From a virus, in IMG/VR virus record IMGVR_UViG_3300045988_128133: DNA of 64,000 nt. One strand, written 5' to 3'. Under the pieces are notes generated by a model. That model was not told the DNA's origin, did no database searches, and saw only the letters and a list, made by a program, of their open reading frames with translations. The translations under genes were made by a program, and so were the position numbers. Shown here one piece after another: positions 37,848 to 51,600 of this stretch (its first letter is position 1; each line of letters begins with the position of its first letter).

Positions 37848-40710
37848 TACAGGAGCATCAAACCCACAACCTCCGATAATTCCGATAGGAACCACGGACA
37901 GTTCATGGCGTAACGGGCATAACCCGGACCGTCCCATGGGGGAACCCATCATCAATTTCCCCTATGCCGTAGTCAAGAACGTCATGTTCTTCGTGGAAAG
38001 GATTGTCAAGAATCCCAACGAATTGTCGGCAGAACTGGGTACTCCCTACAACCCCACAGCGGGGACTACTTTCCTCCCCTTCATGCGTGAAGCTGTGCTT
38101 GTCCATGTCGAACCCGTAGCGGAAGACACGCGCCGCCACATCTATCGGTTCTACTACATGGTCCCACCGCAGGAGCAGTATCGGTATAACATCCAGGATA
38201 TGAAGAAGATTCAGGATGGCTATACACTCAAGGACACTGCCGCGGACGGGAACTTCATGAGCAGTGCCGCTGACGCTGAAGACCTCAAGGACTTCTATGA
38301 AATCATTCGTGAATGGGTTGAACCCACGGATTCCGCGTACACCCCGTTAGCCCTAGGGTCTTTCGACCCCAGCAACGAGAAGCTTGACCCTGACTTCTAT
38401 GACCTCCATGATTATACGGCCTACGATGCCCAGCTGGTCTATGAAGAAGTTGGCCGCTTCGAGCAGGAACATCTCAACAAGTACTTCCGTAAAGTTACAC
38501 GGGTGTATAAAACTCTGCCCGGCCCTGTCGTTAAGGAGTTCATGCCCAATAACATGTGGGTAAAGGGAGACACTGTATGGGAAAACGGTGGGCCCGGAAC
38601 TTCCGTACCGGAGAACGAATGGGTATCTCAGAACGCTATCAAACTTTCCCGCGAGGTGTGGGCCGCCCCACTGTGGGAGGGTGAAGGTGGAGCAGAGCCC
38701 GGACAGGCACGCATCCCTTTCATGCCCACCAAAGAGTTCGAAGGTAAACCTCTTAGCACTGGATGGGATAAGGGCACGTACCCCAGCCTCCAGAACTATA
38801 CGGTGGTTACGATGTTCAAGCGCAATTCCTCCATCGTGGAGAATGAACAGCAGAACAGCCTTTCCGGCAACTGTTGCAACCCGGACTCCCGGTTTGTGCG
38901 TTGCATCAATACCACGGTGACGACCAGCCAGTCAGTGGACTGGACGGCCAACGGAGACCTTCCATCCATTGAACCCCCGGAACCCGGTGAGAACTGTAGC
39001 CAGTGGAGAGTGGATAGTAGTGTCGTTGTCCGGGAAGGCTATAGCCAGAAGGAGACGAGAAAGCAGTGTACCACTTACGAACAGATTGACGAGTTCTGGG
39101 AGAGCCAGTTCGACCGGATAACGAATCAGGTTTATCCGGTGCTTCGTAAAATCGTGCATGAACCCTCCACCGAGTTCGATAAGGACTGGCAGGAAGAAGG
39201 GTTCAAGAAATACACGGACTCCGTGGGTAACGTCTATTACGGACGCAAACTGGAATCCCCGGTAACTGAGGTTTCCATATCCATCCCTGACACTGTGTGG
39301 GTTAAAGAGAACTACAGCCTCAGCGATTTCTCCGTTGGCGAGGACAACCCCAGCCCTACGGGATTGCTTTCTAACCTTAATGTCATCAACGGATGGAACG
39401 ACCCCAGCTATCCTTCGTTCTCCAACTACTTCGCATTCACCTGCGAATTCACTTCCAACAATCCGGGGAGAGACAGGGGAACCGTGGTAACGGTCTATTA
39501 CAAGAACAAACGCTGGTGGCCCATGTATGTGCAGAATAGCATGCCCGTGGAGCAATCTCCTGGCACCATCTCTACGGCCAACCATTACTACAATGTCAAC
39601 CCGGATGGCCCATGGTACACTGCGGACGGCCTTTATCGGATTAGCATGGAGGGGATTATCTCCGACACGCTGTACGGTGAAGGAGTATCTGGCCAGACCT
39701 GGACGCTTCCCATAGGTTATATGGATGGTTCAGGGATATATAAGCGGGGAACCTACAACCCCGAAATGAAGTTTACGGTTGGTTCTCTCCCCACGGGGAT
39801 TAGCAAGGTATTCCTTGATGTCACTAACGGTCAGCTCAATATGCTGGTCTGGGTAGAGAACCCCAATGGCATCTCCATTAACGGGAACATTCCCATTAAG
39901 CTCAACGGCACCAAGATATTCGACATTGCAGTAACCTCTTCCGTGTCCTCATCTAATGAGCCTCCTTCTGTTGTGACCCGCAATGGCGAGAAGAGCGAAT
40001 ACACGGATGGAACCTACTCATTGAAGGCGGCAGTAGCAAACCGGATTGAACTCTCCTACAATGGAACGAGATACCCTTACTTCCAGTTTGGTGCGACCGT
40101 AGCTACCTTGACCGGGAATACATTCAAGCTCCAGAAGAATACCAACGTGTCCCGCGTCGTACTCCGGCAGTGGGTGAACCCCTGTTACGCTGTTGATAGC
40201 TACATGCAGATTCCCGGCATTGGCTATTACCGAAAGTACACCACCACCATGAACTACAGTTTCCCCGCAGTGCTGGGAAATGTTTCATGGATGGCCTGGA
40301 ATACGAGGCCCGACATGTCGGGTAAACAGGGTGGCCAATACTTCCCGTCCACGAACATGAAACGGGATTCCTACTCAGGCCCCTGCCGTGCCGTGGTGGA
40401 AGAGCTTTTCAGCCCGGACGGCTCCTGGCCCAGCACCTGGGGCCTGGGAACTTCTCCCCAGTTCACTACGGCCAGCGGATATTTCTCTACGCCGTTAGTG
40501 GACTTCCGTCTTCCGGCCTGCCTCCACACCCAGTTGAACTTTACGGTCACTATTGGAAACCAGGATGCCAAGTGGACTCCCGGAGTCTTCAATGCAACCT
40601 TCCCGGCAACCAGTGTTACCGACTGGACCTCCGTGACATCCTACTATGCATCCCCGTGGAACGGCGGCATGCTGTGCAAGAAAGTAACCATCTATCCTCC
40701 AACCGCATAA
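37831..40710 (+). CDS. tail fiber / receptor-binding structural protein
   Basis: 959-aa ORF. The C-terminal half is rich in N/S/T/G/W/Y, as in receptor-binding proteins. Confidence 0.5.
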   Translation: MPLIPNTGASNPQPPIIPIGTTDSSWRNGHNPDRPMGEPIINFPYAVVKNVMFFVERIVKNPNELSAELGTPYNPTAGTTFLPFMREAVLVHVEPVAEDTRRHIYRFYYMVPPQEQYRYNIQDMKKIQDGYTLKDTAADGNFMSSAADAEDLKDFYEIIREWVEPTDSAYTPLALGSFDPSNEKLDPDFYDLHDYTAYDAQLVYEEVGRFEQEHLNKYFRKVTRVYKTLPGPVVKEFMPNNMWVKGDTVWENGGPGTSVPENEWVSQNAIKLSREVWAAPLWEGEGGAEPGQARIPFMPTKEFEGKPLSTGWDKGTYPSLQNYTVVTMFKRNSSIVENEQQNSLSGNCCNPDSRFVRCINTTVTTSQSVDWTANGDLPSIEPPEPGENCSQWRVDSSVVVREGYSQKETRKQCTTYEQIDEFWESQFDRITNQVYPVLRKIVHEPSTEFDKDWQEEGFKKYTDSVGNVYYGRKLESPVTEVSISIPDTVWVKENYSLSDFSVGEDNPSPTGLLSNLNVINGWNDPSYPSFSNYFAFTCEFTSNNPGRDRGTVVTVYYKNKRWWPMYVQNSMPVEQSPGTISTANHYYNVNPDGPWYTADGLYRISMEGIISDTLYGEGVSGQTWTLPIGYMDGSGIYKRGTYNPEMKFTVGSLPTGISKVFLDVTNGQLNMLVWVENPNGISINGNIPIKLNGTKIFDIAVTSSVSSSNEPPSVVTRNGEKSEYTDGTYSLKAAVANRIELSYNGTRYPYFQFGATVATLTGNTFKLQKNTNVSRVVLRQWVNPCYAVDSYMQIPGIGYYRKYTTTMNYSFPAVLGNVSWMAWNTRPDMSGKQGGQYFPSTNMKRDSYSGPCRAVVEELFSPDGSWPSTWGLGTSPQFTTASGYFSTPLVDFRLPACLHTQLNFTVTIGNQDAKWTPGVFNATFPATSVTDWTSVTSYYASPWNGGMLCKKVTIYPPTA

Positions 40711-40714
40711 TCTC

Positions 40715-41452
40715 ATGGCGTTCATTACTAAATCCTATTTGACGTATCGAAACGTATGCGACGAATTGTGTATGCTCATTACCAATACGCCGCCCTCCAA
40801 ATCCAATGTTGACTTCCGCAGGATTCTGAAGGAAGCCCAGAACCTCCTGCTTAACGAGGCCACGGTTTCCCCGGATTCCATGGCAATCCTTGATTTCGAA
40901 GGAGTTGAACGGAATGGAATCATTGCCCTCCCTGATGAGTACGATAGTATCGTTGCGGCATGGACACCGGGGGGACAACGGTATAACATCGTTGACCGGG
41001 CCATGTTCGAATCCAACACCTGGTTCCGTAGCGAGTACCCCCGCAGGCCGCACGGCTCACCCCCTCTCATGGTGGACATGGGGCTGAACGAGATGAACCT
41101 CCGTACCTATGCCGTACTGTCTGGTAGCAATGGCATCAATGACAAGGATATGGGCATGACCGTTTCCGCGCGTTGCGCTCTCCGCGGTCTCTCCCTCAAT
41201 GTCTATGATGATAAGGCATGGGAAGATAAGGAGGTTCGTATCTATCCCGGATGCCTCCCCGCCCTCAAGGCCATGATGCTGTCAGTGGTCTATAATGAAC
41301 AGGGCAATACCCAGATGGGCACCGACAGCTATGGACTTGCGGTCAAGTACCTGAACGACCACCTCCGCAAATATCGTCAGGGAACTTATCAGGCTCCCAA
41401 CATTGTACAGAACGGCGGGCTGATGCAGAGCCCCGGCCTTAACCTCATGTAA
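40715..41452 (+). CDS. hypothetical structural protein
   Basis: 245-aa ORF. Confidence 0.45.
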   Translation: MAFITKSYLTYRNVCDELCMLITNTPPSKSNVDFRRILKEAQNLLLNEATVSPDSMAILDFEGVERNGIIALPDEYDSIVAAWTPGGQRYNIVDRAMFESNTWFRSEYPRRPHGSPPLMVDMGLNEMNLRTYAVLSGSNGINDKDMGMTVSARCALRGLSLNVYDDKAWEDKEVRIYPGCLPALKAMMLSVVYNEQGNTQMGTDSYGLAVKYLNDHLRKYRQGTYQAPNIVQNGGLMQSPGLNLM

Positions 41453-41458
41453 ACCATC

Positions 41459-42529
41459 ATGGCAACTCAATCCACAGATATCAGCAGTGAAGGGAAGAAC
41501 CCGGCAACCAAGTCTCCCCGGCAGAAGATAACCGAAGAAGTCCTGCCCAAGGTGAACCCGGATGTTCCCCTTCGTCCCGTAACCAATAACGACCCGAACA
41601 AACCAGTGGACGCTAAGGCATTGAACGAGGTAGCCGCGGCTAACAGCAACCGGGGGATTCAACGTCCCCCGGCATCCCCGGCACCCGCGAATCAGTATGG
41701 CCGCGGCATTACGGAACCTACGGTTCCGGGTGCCGTGGACCCGAACAGTCAGGCCTATGCGGAAGCACAACGTGCCAATTACCAGAAGCTCATGGCCCAG
41801 GGACCCACTGCGGAGGATAGGCTTCTCATGCGAGGGGTGGACCAGAATGTAAGCAGAGGGCAGATGCCCGTTGGTAGGGTACCAGGAGCCACGGCATCCC
41901 CGGTACCCACGGGTTCCGGTGCCACCCGTCCCACGGGTTCCGCTACTCCGGCATCGCTATCGCAGGAAGCTTTCGGCACAGACATTAAGAACAGGCTCAG
42001 CCCTGACGACTATAAGCTATATCAATCACTGAACCCGGCCAAGCAGACTGAGCTCTACAATAAATGGAAGGAACAGCAGGTAAAGCAGAACCCCTCCCTG
42101 CTCACAGCACCGACAGGTTCTCCGGCGGCCCCGGCGGCCCCCGCTGGTGCCCTACCCTCCGGCGGCTCCCCTATACCCACGGCGCAGGTATCGCCGCCCG
42201 GACGTGATGAGAAAATGCTGGAGGTACTGCGTGACCCTACGGCAGACCCGCAGGCAAGGTCTCAGGCCAGCACCTATCTGAAGGTCAAAACCATGTACGC
42301 ACAGAAGGCGAAATTCGGCAACGAGATTAAAGCTCTGGAACGGGCCAGCCGCGCATATACACGCCAGCTGGGGAACATGTTTAAGAATCCCCTGAACAGG
42401 AGAGACCCGAAGTACCAGCAACAGTACGAGCACTGGAAGGCTCTCCGAAAAGGAAATCCACAGGCGAAGCTCATCATGTTCAATGAGTTAATGAAGCGAC
42501 CGGAGTTTGCTTCCCTCAGTTTCAAATAA
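41459..42529 (+). CDS. Pro/Ala-rich hypothetical protein
   Basis: 356-aa ORF with low-complexity repeats (PTGSGATRPTGSATP). Confidence 0.45.
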   Translation: MATQSTDISSEGKNPATKSPRQKITEEVLPKVNPDVPLRPVTNNDPNKPVDAKALNEVAAANSNRGIQRPPASPAPANQYGRGITEPTVPGAVDPNSQAYAEAQRANYQKLMAQGPTAEDRLLMRGVDQNVSRGQMPVGRVPGATASPVPTGSGATRPTGSATPASLSQEAFGTDIKNRLSPDDYKLYQSLNPAKQTELYNKWKEQQVKQNPSLLTAPTGSPAAPAAPAGALPSGGSPIPTAQVSPPGRDEKMLEVLRDPTADPQARSQASTYLKVKTMYAQKAKFGNEIKALERASRAYTRQLGNMFKNPLNRRDPKYQQQYEHWKALRKGNPQAKLIMFNELMKRPEFASLSFK

Positions 42530-42559
42530 TATTGCTGACAGAAAAAGTTAGTATTTCTC

Positions 42560-42587
42560 TTGACCTTAGCCCCTGCTTTGATAGACT
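42560..42587 (+). promoter_or_regulatory. sigma70-like promoter TTGACC-16-TAGACT overlapped by 10-bp inverted repeat (42569-42578 / 42602-42611)
   Basis: Hexamers plus GCCCCTGCTT...AAGCAGGGGC upstream of the giant gene. Confidence 0.4.
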
Positions 42588-42642
42588 TAGGCAGTCCCTC
42601 GAAGCAGGGGCGCATTGTATTAGAAACCAACCTATTAAGTAA

Positions 42643-45600
42643 ATGGCTATTGACTTTACTACAGCTAGCCCGGCAGACTGGAACCCCAGTTCTGAAATCA
42701 CCGGAATCCGAGAAGCCCGCGCCGCAGAAAAGCATGCGGCATGGCAACGGGGTCAGGAGCAGAAAGCTCTCGACCGTCAGAAGAAGGAAGCAGAAGAAGC
42801 ACAGAAACAGGCCGTTAAAGGCGTAGAAGCGGAAGCGGATTTCTTCACTCACCTGTCCGGCGTACTGGACACCGAACGCAAGGAACAGGAAAAACGAGCC
42901 AAGGAACAGAAGACGGAAGCAAGGAAAGAAGTTACCGAGGCCCGTGCCGACATTCAGTTTGAGCAAGGGCAGGCTGACCGTGCGCGTGCTGAACGCGACC
43001 GGGATGTCAAATCCCTGTCCCGCCGCAACATGGGGCTCAACTTCGAAGCCCTTGAGGACATGACCGACTACGTTGGCCGCAGTGCCGATAGCTTTGTTGA
43101 CCTGAAAGAAGGGGCCAAGGCTAACCCGCAGGTGATGGAAAAGCTTGGCAACTCTCTGGGTCTCAATGTCGTAAGCTCCAACTCCCTTACGCCTACCGAC
43201 CCTGCATTCACTTCCCGGTTCGGCTTCTCTGTCGGTGCGGATGGACAGCCAGTTATTACTGAAAAGTTCCTCGCTATTGCCGCCGACCGGAACCGTAGCA
43301 GTAAGGATGTAAGCACGGCGATTGCCCGGACTCTGGCCGCTGAACGGAAGAGCTACATTAAAGCGAATACGACTGTGGCTCCTGACAGTGCCGCGAAAGC
43401 GGAAGCGGAAGCCCCGGAAACCATGGAAGCCGAAGAGATTAAGGCAATCATCGACAGCATTCGCCGCGAGGATGTAAATACCTTCAATGCGGCACGCAAG
43501 GTTTACGACAAATATAATACGGCATCCACGGAATCCATTCAGGGTAAAGCCGCTAAACCCCGCGAGGCTAGCGTGGGGGAGCTTGGCGTTGGCGAATCCT
43601 TTGACACGGCACCTTCATTCACTGGGAATGTATTTGCTGAGCTCGCCAACTTGTCCAAGTCCCCCAGCACCATGTTCCGTCTCGTCCGCGACTACGGCAA
43701 ATACGTAGCTGACACGGCATCCACGGTAGCCGCGGATGCCCGTGCCGCTGAGGCCGGGAAGCGGGCCGTCACTGCCGCGAAGACGATTGACAATCTAGTT
43801 AAGCAGATGGAGGACGAGTATGAGGGCATCAACTCCGTAGCCCTCCGGGATGCTTTGATGAACGAAGCCAAGGTTGCCGAGGCCGCCGTGAAACGGTTGG
43901 CCCCCATGGTTGACCTCGACGAGATGCGGGCCATGGCTGACAAGAAGAGCCATGAACTGGGCCGCACCATTGAATCGGATTACCGCCGCGATTATGCTGA
44001 CACGCTGTATGCCGAACTGGAGAAGCGCAATCCAGGATTGAGCCGTGACCTGATTCGCACGCTGGGAACTACGGAACTTCTCGACAAACATACCGTTGGA
44101 CTGAAGAAGAGAGGAAGTCTGGATGACGCAGTAGCGGGAGCTATGAGCCAGTACAGAAGTGCGGCAGGCCAGGTTGCCGACGTTCTCACCTTCCAGCCGA
44201 AGGCTTCGGTAGGCAAAACCAGTGACCCCCTGAGTGCTATGGAATGGCGGCAGGGTGCGCGTGGCTGGGAATATGGCGTAGTTGGCGGTCCTACCTTTGA
44301 GGTCAGCACCGAACAGCTCCGCGACTACATGAAGAACTATGGGATTAAGAGTACGAAGGACGCGCTTAATTCCCTCAGTCATGCGGCGAGGCAGGGGGAC
44401 CTCAACCTTGGCAGGGGTACGCTGTTTGCATACAACCCCCATACTAAGGAGGTAGATACAAACGCCACGCTTCAATACAACCCCAACGCCCTGTACGATG
44501 ATGACCTATTTAACCGTAGCGTCAATCAATTACAGGAATCCGGGGCGAATCCCGAACTCATCGAGAGAACGATTGAACAGTGGAAGAAGGCCCGCACCAA
44601 ATCCGCAAGCGAAATGGTCAAGCAGAACATGGAACTGGAAGAAACTCTGGGCGCGCTCCGCGATACCTGGATGGGAACTGGTGCCGGGTTTGCTGGAGGC
44701 TGGGTTATGGACCGTCTGGACAAGATGCTGTCCTTCAAGGAGTTCTATAACAGCGGCAAGGAGAATGGCCAGAGTGATGAGCAGATTCTTGCCGCATGGC
44801 AGAAGGAAGGACAGGGGGCTATTAACTCCATCCTGCGTGGCCTTCAAATCGGCGCACACAAATTTGCTGACATTGGGACGGGTGCTGTTGCGGGCTCCCT
44901 TCTTTTCGCCTCCAACCTTATAGGCAGTGACACTGGCCGGGAAAAAGCCCGCACCATGTGGAACACGCTGAATGAAAAACAGCAGGCAGAAGGTGAACTG
45001 GTCAAGGGGAATCTCATGGCTGACATGTCTGCGGAGATTGTCAACCTGGGATATCAAATGGTAGCGACCCATGTCGGTGGTACGGTTGGCAGTGTTGCGG
45101 GCCGTGCTCTGGAACGGACTGCGGTCAATGGTCTCATTAAGGCCAGTGCCAAAGTCATCGCCCGAAAGACGGAAGCCCTTGTCCCTGCCGCGCGTCCCGG
45201 CCTTGCTAGTGGTATTAGCGGCGGTGTCCAGCGTGTATTAAACCAAGCCGCCGCGATTGACCTCCAGCGGGTTGGAGCTGGTGCCGGGGTTAATACCGTC
45301 ATTGCCAGCCAGATAGTTCCGCAGGCATACTCCGAAATCTTCTATGCGGTTTACGACCGTGAAATGGATGGTAAGGAACACACTGCGGAAAACCTCGAAG
45401 CCGCTCAGGCAAAGGCTAATCGCCGGGCCATGATGGGTGCAGGTATCGCGGGTGGCATGTCCGTCCTGATTAACAACCGTATGGGTATGGAATCCTTTAT
45501 CCGTAAAGCAGTTGGAGCTAAAAACCTTCGCAGGGAAAACTGGTTCAACCGTGTGGATGACCGTCTTTCCAACTGGCGCAGGAAGAACTGGAAGGACATG

Positions 45601-48600
45601 ACCAATGTGGAGAAGGTGAAAGCTGTATCTTCCTACCTGTACAGCTGTGCCAAGGTGTCCGCTGAAGGCGCAACCGAAGAACTCGCGGATGAGTTTCAGG
45701 AATGGGCCGTCACGGAACTGGCCAAGAACGGAGAGATTTCTGAACAGTCTATCGGTACGTTCGAAGGAGTCGTTGAAGTAGGAGCAAAGGTTGCTTTCCT
45801 TGGTGCGCTTGGCGGTGTCTATGGAGCGCGGATTGCAGGGGAGACCCCGGCCCAGTTCCAGTTGCCCGCTATCGAACCCACGGAATCCAAGGTATTCAGG
45901 GATGCGAGTCAGCTGGTGGATAGCACGGGCAAAGCCCTGGAATCCGTGGACCCCACGGGACCCGCGGCACCCTTGCTTGAAACAGGAATGCGGACGATTG
46001 AAATCGCAGGGGATAGGGGAGACGTGGAACTGGTGGCAACTGAATGGGTAAACAAGACCATAACTGACGAGGCCCTACAGCTGACGGATGAGCAGAGAAA
46101 GCAATGGATATCTAGGGCACCTGCCCTGGGTATGACCAACTTCCAGTCTTTCCGTGGCTACGTGCAGGAAGCTTCCGACAGGTATCAGTACGAAGGCGAA
46201 TCCGCCGCGGCTGAATACCTTGCGGGCGTTATTCGCGACCTGCCCAACACGATGGCCTATGCCAACGATACAAACGTCAGTGTCATGCGCTCCATGCTGA
46301 CCGAAGCATTCGACGCAATGAAGAGCCGCGAAGCCAACGTTCCCCTTGATGACCACCTCGACCTTCAGGGTACGGGGGATGAAAGCCTTGATGAAGCATC
46401 CGTCGTAATCAATACGCTGACCAATGAACCCACGGAAACCACGGAAGCCGTAGCTCCCACGGAAACCACGGAGACCGCGGCCCGTGAGGAAGCCAATAAG
46501 ATAGTAGCTCCTGTGCAGAACTTCCTCGACAATGGTACGGGGAGAGAAGCCGCCGAGGAAACCGTAAATACTTTGGCCGCAGGGACGGCTACGTTTGACC
46601 CCAACACCGGGGCATGGCTAGCCAGCGGCTCCTTGGAACAGCGGGCAGAAAAGCTGGTGGTGCTTAATAGCATGACCAGTCCCACGGGCCCCGTAGTTAC
46701 CACGAACACCGGGGAGAGTATTGTCATGACTCCCAACGCCAGTATGTATGCGCCAAGTGCCAACGCCAAAGCGGAAGAAGCTCCTACTACCAAATGGGGG
46801 AACGCCGTCATGAGCCTTGACCTGCCTACGGACGGGACTGGAGTCAATGGTATTAACCTCCTGAACAGGTTGAGCGTCAACGCTACACCTGCTCAGAAGA
46901 AAGCCATTGAAGGATTGACGCAGGCTCTCAATGCCGCGGGCCTTGACCTCGCAGTCCGTATGAGCACAGCGACTGACGGTAACTTCTCCCCTGCCATGAT
47001 TACCTACAATCAAGGTGCGGATGGTGAACTGGCTGGTGGCGTTATTGACCTCTTCACCAACAGGGAGAACGCGGTGGAAGGCACTACGGGTACACTCATC
47101 CATGAAGCTATCCACCTGCTGGACCGACACCTGCGGAAGAACAATGCAGAATATGGCCGGGAAATGAGCAAGCTTCGCTCAGCTATGGCGGCTCGCTTCA
47201 ACGACATCCATGCAGTCTTGCGGGAGGCTTACGACAATAGCCTTGACCCCAACGAGATGAACGCAATCGCCGCTGTCATGAACGACCTGGCCTACGGGAT
47301 TAAGGGTGCTGACGAGTTCGCCTCTGTGGTCTTCTCCAACCCCGTCATCAATTCTCTGGTAATGGGATTCACCGGGAAGAATGCGGATATGGACATGCTT
47401 ACCCGGTATGCGGAAACGACAGGTAAACGTAAGCCGATTCACAATCGTATCATCGACTGGTTGCGCGACCTCTTTCATGAGGTTCGCAATGAAATGCAGA
47501 ATGCGCCTGTTCTCGATGAGGCAGAATGGAACGCCTATGTCCAGCGCGTGGCCGACGTAGCCCCGGAAGGTGCCTGGTATAGTCTTGACCGACCGGAAAC
47601 CTATGCAGTAAATGTGACGGACTACACCGGGAATAAGCTGGGTAAATCCTATTTCAACCCCATGGCCTATGAGAGCGGCCTCTCCCAGCGCATGAGCTTC
47701 GGTGTGGCCGCAGAAATTGTAGGCTCTTCCTCCGGCAACTGGGCGACCATGTTCCGCAACGGTTGGCGCATGACCCGCTGGGGGCAGGGAGGTATCAACG
47801 TTCCCACCCCGGAACAGCGTCTCGTCCTACAAGAACAAATGGTCAACCTGAGCGCATCCTATGAGCGCGTCAATAAGCGTCTGGGTAAGGTGAAGGAGCT
47901 TGCGGATAAGTATGTCCAGAAGAACAACCTCACCACTGATGCCCGGCAGAAACTTGCCTCTGCCATCATTGACACGGCAGGTAATCTGGACAATGACATC
48001 GACCCGGAAACCGTGGAACGTATTAACCGTGAAACGAATGCGGAGATTGCTCAGCTCAAGGAAACCCGTGACTACCGTATCAATGCGGCGAAGCAACACG
48101 TACAGAGGGTGGTTAATCAGAACGCTGAACTGATTCGTGCCGCCAACCTCATGGCCAACACCAGTGAAGGACGTGCATCCATCAATGAAATGATTCGTCT
48201 CCTTAACGAAGTTGGCCGGGAAGGATATGCATCTACGGTCAATGCCGAAACTATGGCTCCCGCTATGAACCAAAGGCTCACGGAATCCATGGATTCCCTG
48301 GGTTCACGGGTTCGTGACCTGGGGAATGCGGCTCTCGCCTCCCGCTACTATGCACTGGCACGGGACACCAAGAGCTACATTCTGGACCAGGTGAATGGGG
48401 TGGAATCTCCCTTCACTCTGGATGAATTGCAGGAGGGCTGGGATAATCTGCGCTCCGACTACCTGCGTGACGAGCTGTCCAAGAACGTTGAAACGGCCAA
48501 CATGCTCCGTGACATTAAGGAGGCTAAGGCTCAAGCTCGTGAATGGATTAAAGAGGCTAACGCGGAATACGCGCAAGCCACACGCCATACGGGTATTAAG

Positions 48601-51600
48601 GCAGACGGTACGGTCGTTGAATCCGGCATCGTTTGGAAGAAGCGTGATGCCGCCCTGCTGGAAGCCCGAAGGAAGAAGCAGGCTGAATTCATGGCTCGTC
48701 GTGAAGCTGGTGAAAAATACCTGAAGGAGCAAGGCGTAATCGGAAACCTCATCTACAATGCAGTTGTCGATGCCCGCAAGGAAATCGCAGTAACGCAAAT
48801 GGCTATCGCCCGCATCACGGGTGACAGCAAGATGGAAGACAATGCCAAGCGCATGGACTACCTGCATCGCACCTATCTGGCTGTGGGTAAGCACGCTGGG
48901 GACTACACGAAGACGATGCGGGAAATCATCGCCAATCCTAACGGTGAAACCGCACAAGCCTTTAAGGGGCTTACCGTTCTGTTGAATGAAGCCGCGACGG
49001 CTCATGCCGAAACCCATCAGAGGGAGATGGCCGAAACCGTAAGCACCGTGCTGGACAATATGCAGGCACTTGCAACCCTGCATGATGAACTGAACCTTGA
49101 GGTAGTGCCCGCAGGGGACACGGCTAACGAGAACAACGCACTCCTGTTCAATGGTGTTGCCAAGAACTTCAGAAGTCGCAATATTCTTGACTTCATCCAT
49201 GACAACTATGGGGAAATTCAGTTGGCTTCTGACCTCAAGAACGGAATGAATATGTCCAGCATCTACGATAAGGCCATGTCCATGATTGTGCAGAGCGACA
49301 GGTACACGGCCAAACGTCTGGACAAAGTGAAGCGCAGGCTTCGCACGGAAGCCCAGGATAAATACATTGAATCCCTCCTACAAGGTGTGCCGGGCGATAC
49401 GCTTCTGGACAAGCTGGGTTCCTTCAATTCAGGAGATGCTTTGGCCCACAGGATAAATGAAATCCTCCCCATGGTTCCGGTCAATGCCATCAACCAAATC
49501 TGGAATACCCCGCACCTGGATATTGAAGAGAAGCTGAACGACGTGGTGGACCTTCTCCGTAAGCAGGCAGAGATTCAGATGAACCTCAATGGTCTGGGCA
49601 ATGTCATTAACGCTCAGGACATTAAGACGTTGGAATACCCCCAGCTCGCGGAACTGGCCATGGCTCATGCCAAGGAAGCCATTGACGAAGTACTGTCCAA
49701 GAAACGCACCCGTGAAGACGTAACGTCTATGCGGAAACGTGAACCGGAATGGAAGCGCAAGGCCATGCACGAACTCCACGATACTACCATTGGTGAAGCC
49801 ATTGGCGTATTGCAGAACACTGTTTCCCTCCAGTCTAAACTGGCAGTGAATCAGGTGCTGTCTGATGAATATGCAACAGTGCTTAAGGACCAGGGGGTTG
49901 TAGTCGCGGAGGACAGTGCGGACCGTACCCCCGACATGGTGGAAGTCATGTTGAAGAATAAGCGTAATTCCCTGAACGGACTCTACACTACGCCGGATGT
50001 GGCTCGTGCCATTTACAAAATCTACATGCCCTCCGACGAAATCATGGACTCCAAGACCAGCACGTATGAGGATGTCCGCAAGTACTGGAAGAGCCACACA
50101 GGAAGACCTGGCTTCCTCTCAAAGACGGGCGGCTACATCAACATGGCCACTCTTATCGCCAGCCCAGGTTCCACCTTCCGTAACGCCTATGGTACTGCGG
50201 CTCAGATGCTTCATGCTGGTGCGTTCCCTGTGAAGGGGCTTAAGGACATTGGTTCCCTCGTGAAAGAATGGGGCCAGATGCACAAGCTCTACCTTAAAGC
50301 ACAGGAAGGAGGCATTGGTGCGGAGTCTTCTGCTCAGAAGCTCCTACAGGCTGAGTCTAAATACAATGAGAAGATTCGCTACTGGCAGGAGATTGGTCTT
50401 CTTGATGCGGGGCAGGGTGAATTCCTTCGGAATATTTGGAAGTCCGAAGAGTTCGCGACAATGCAGGGAGAACTGGAATCCACGGATTCCGAGGATTCCT
50501 TCTATGCCTTTGCCGAAGCGTTAGAGGATAAGAGGTCCAAGACCACCATCAAAGATGTGGCCAAGAAGGCAGGACATGGTGTTGCATACCCCGTGAAATT
50601 GGCCGCCTTTGCTTACGGGATGCCGGATGCCGCGGCTAAGATTGCGTTGTTCGGTAATCAGCAGGCACTCAGCCGCAAGCAGTTGGAGGTCCAGCTGGAA
50701 CGGGCGACCATGAGAGCGGCCGCTGGGGAAGAACTCAATGCAAGGCAGAAGGCCCTTGTCCGCGCGGCAGGTAATGGTGAAGTGGCATGGAATGCGTATG
50801 TCGATAGGCATGCGGCTTCCAAGGTGAAAACCCTGCTTCCGACAGGTACGCGCACCCCGAAGTGGGTGAAGTACATGGGGCAGTATGTTGCGCCCTACTT
50901 CATGTTCCAGTACCATACCTTCCAGTCCGCTATGTATAACGTGGGCTACGGCATGGAAGAAATTAGCGATGGTGTATGGGCTATGAAGAACGGCATGAGT
51001 AAGGACGGTGCCTACCTCGTAACCCGCGGGCTTGGCCGATTCATGGGTTCCGCGGCGGCTCTGACTGCCATGCCCATGCTTTCCCGCTGGGCTCTCATCA
51101 CAGCGTTGCATACTCTTTATGGTGATGATGAGGACAAGATGCAATTCATTACGAATGAGGGGGCACTCCGTAAGATGGCAGAGGCTGGACTCTTCCCGGA
51201 ATATGACAAGTACGGTGACTTACTCGCCGTAGTGGACAAGGAAAGGAACGAGTTTACCTACTTTAATCTTGACTATGTGAACCCCTACAAGAACGTGGTC
51301 AAGAGCTTTGGTACACTCTACAGACTAGCAGTCAAGTATGACGAAGACAAGTGGTCCAGCAATCCTATGGGTGAACTTCACAACCTGTTGGAAGGCACTG
51401 TGTTATCTCCGTCCATGGGGCTCGCTACCTTGTTTGAAGTGTTAGATGCTGAAGGATTCCATTATCAGTATGCGACTACGGGCAATGAGAACGTGGACTT
51501 CATACCTGCGGTCGTCAATGCTCTAACCCTCACGGCGGGCTTCGAACCGTCCATGAGTGGCGGCCATACCTGGGAATGGGCTGAACGTCTGGCAACTACA

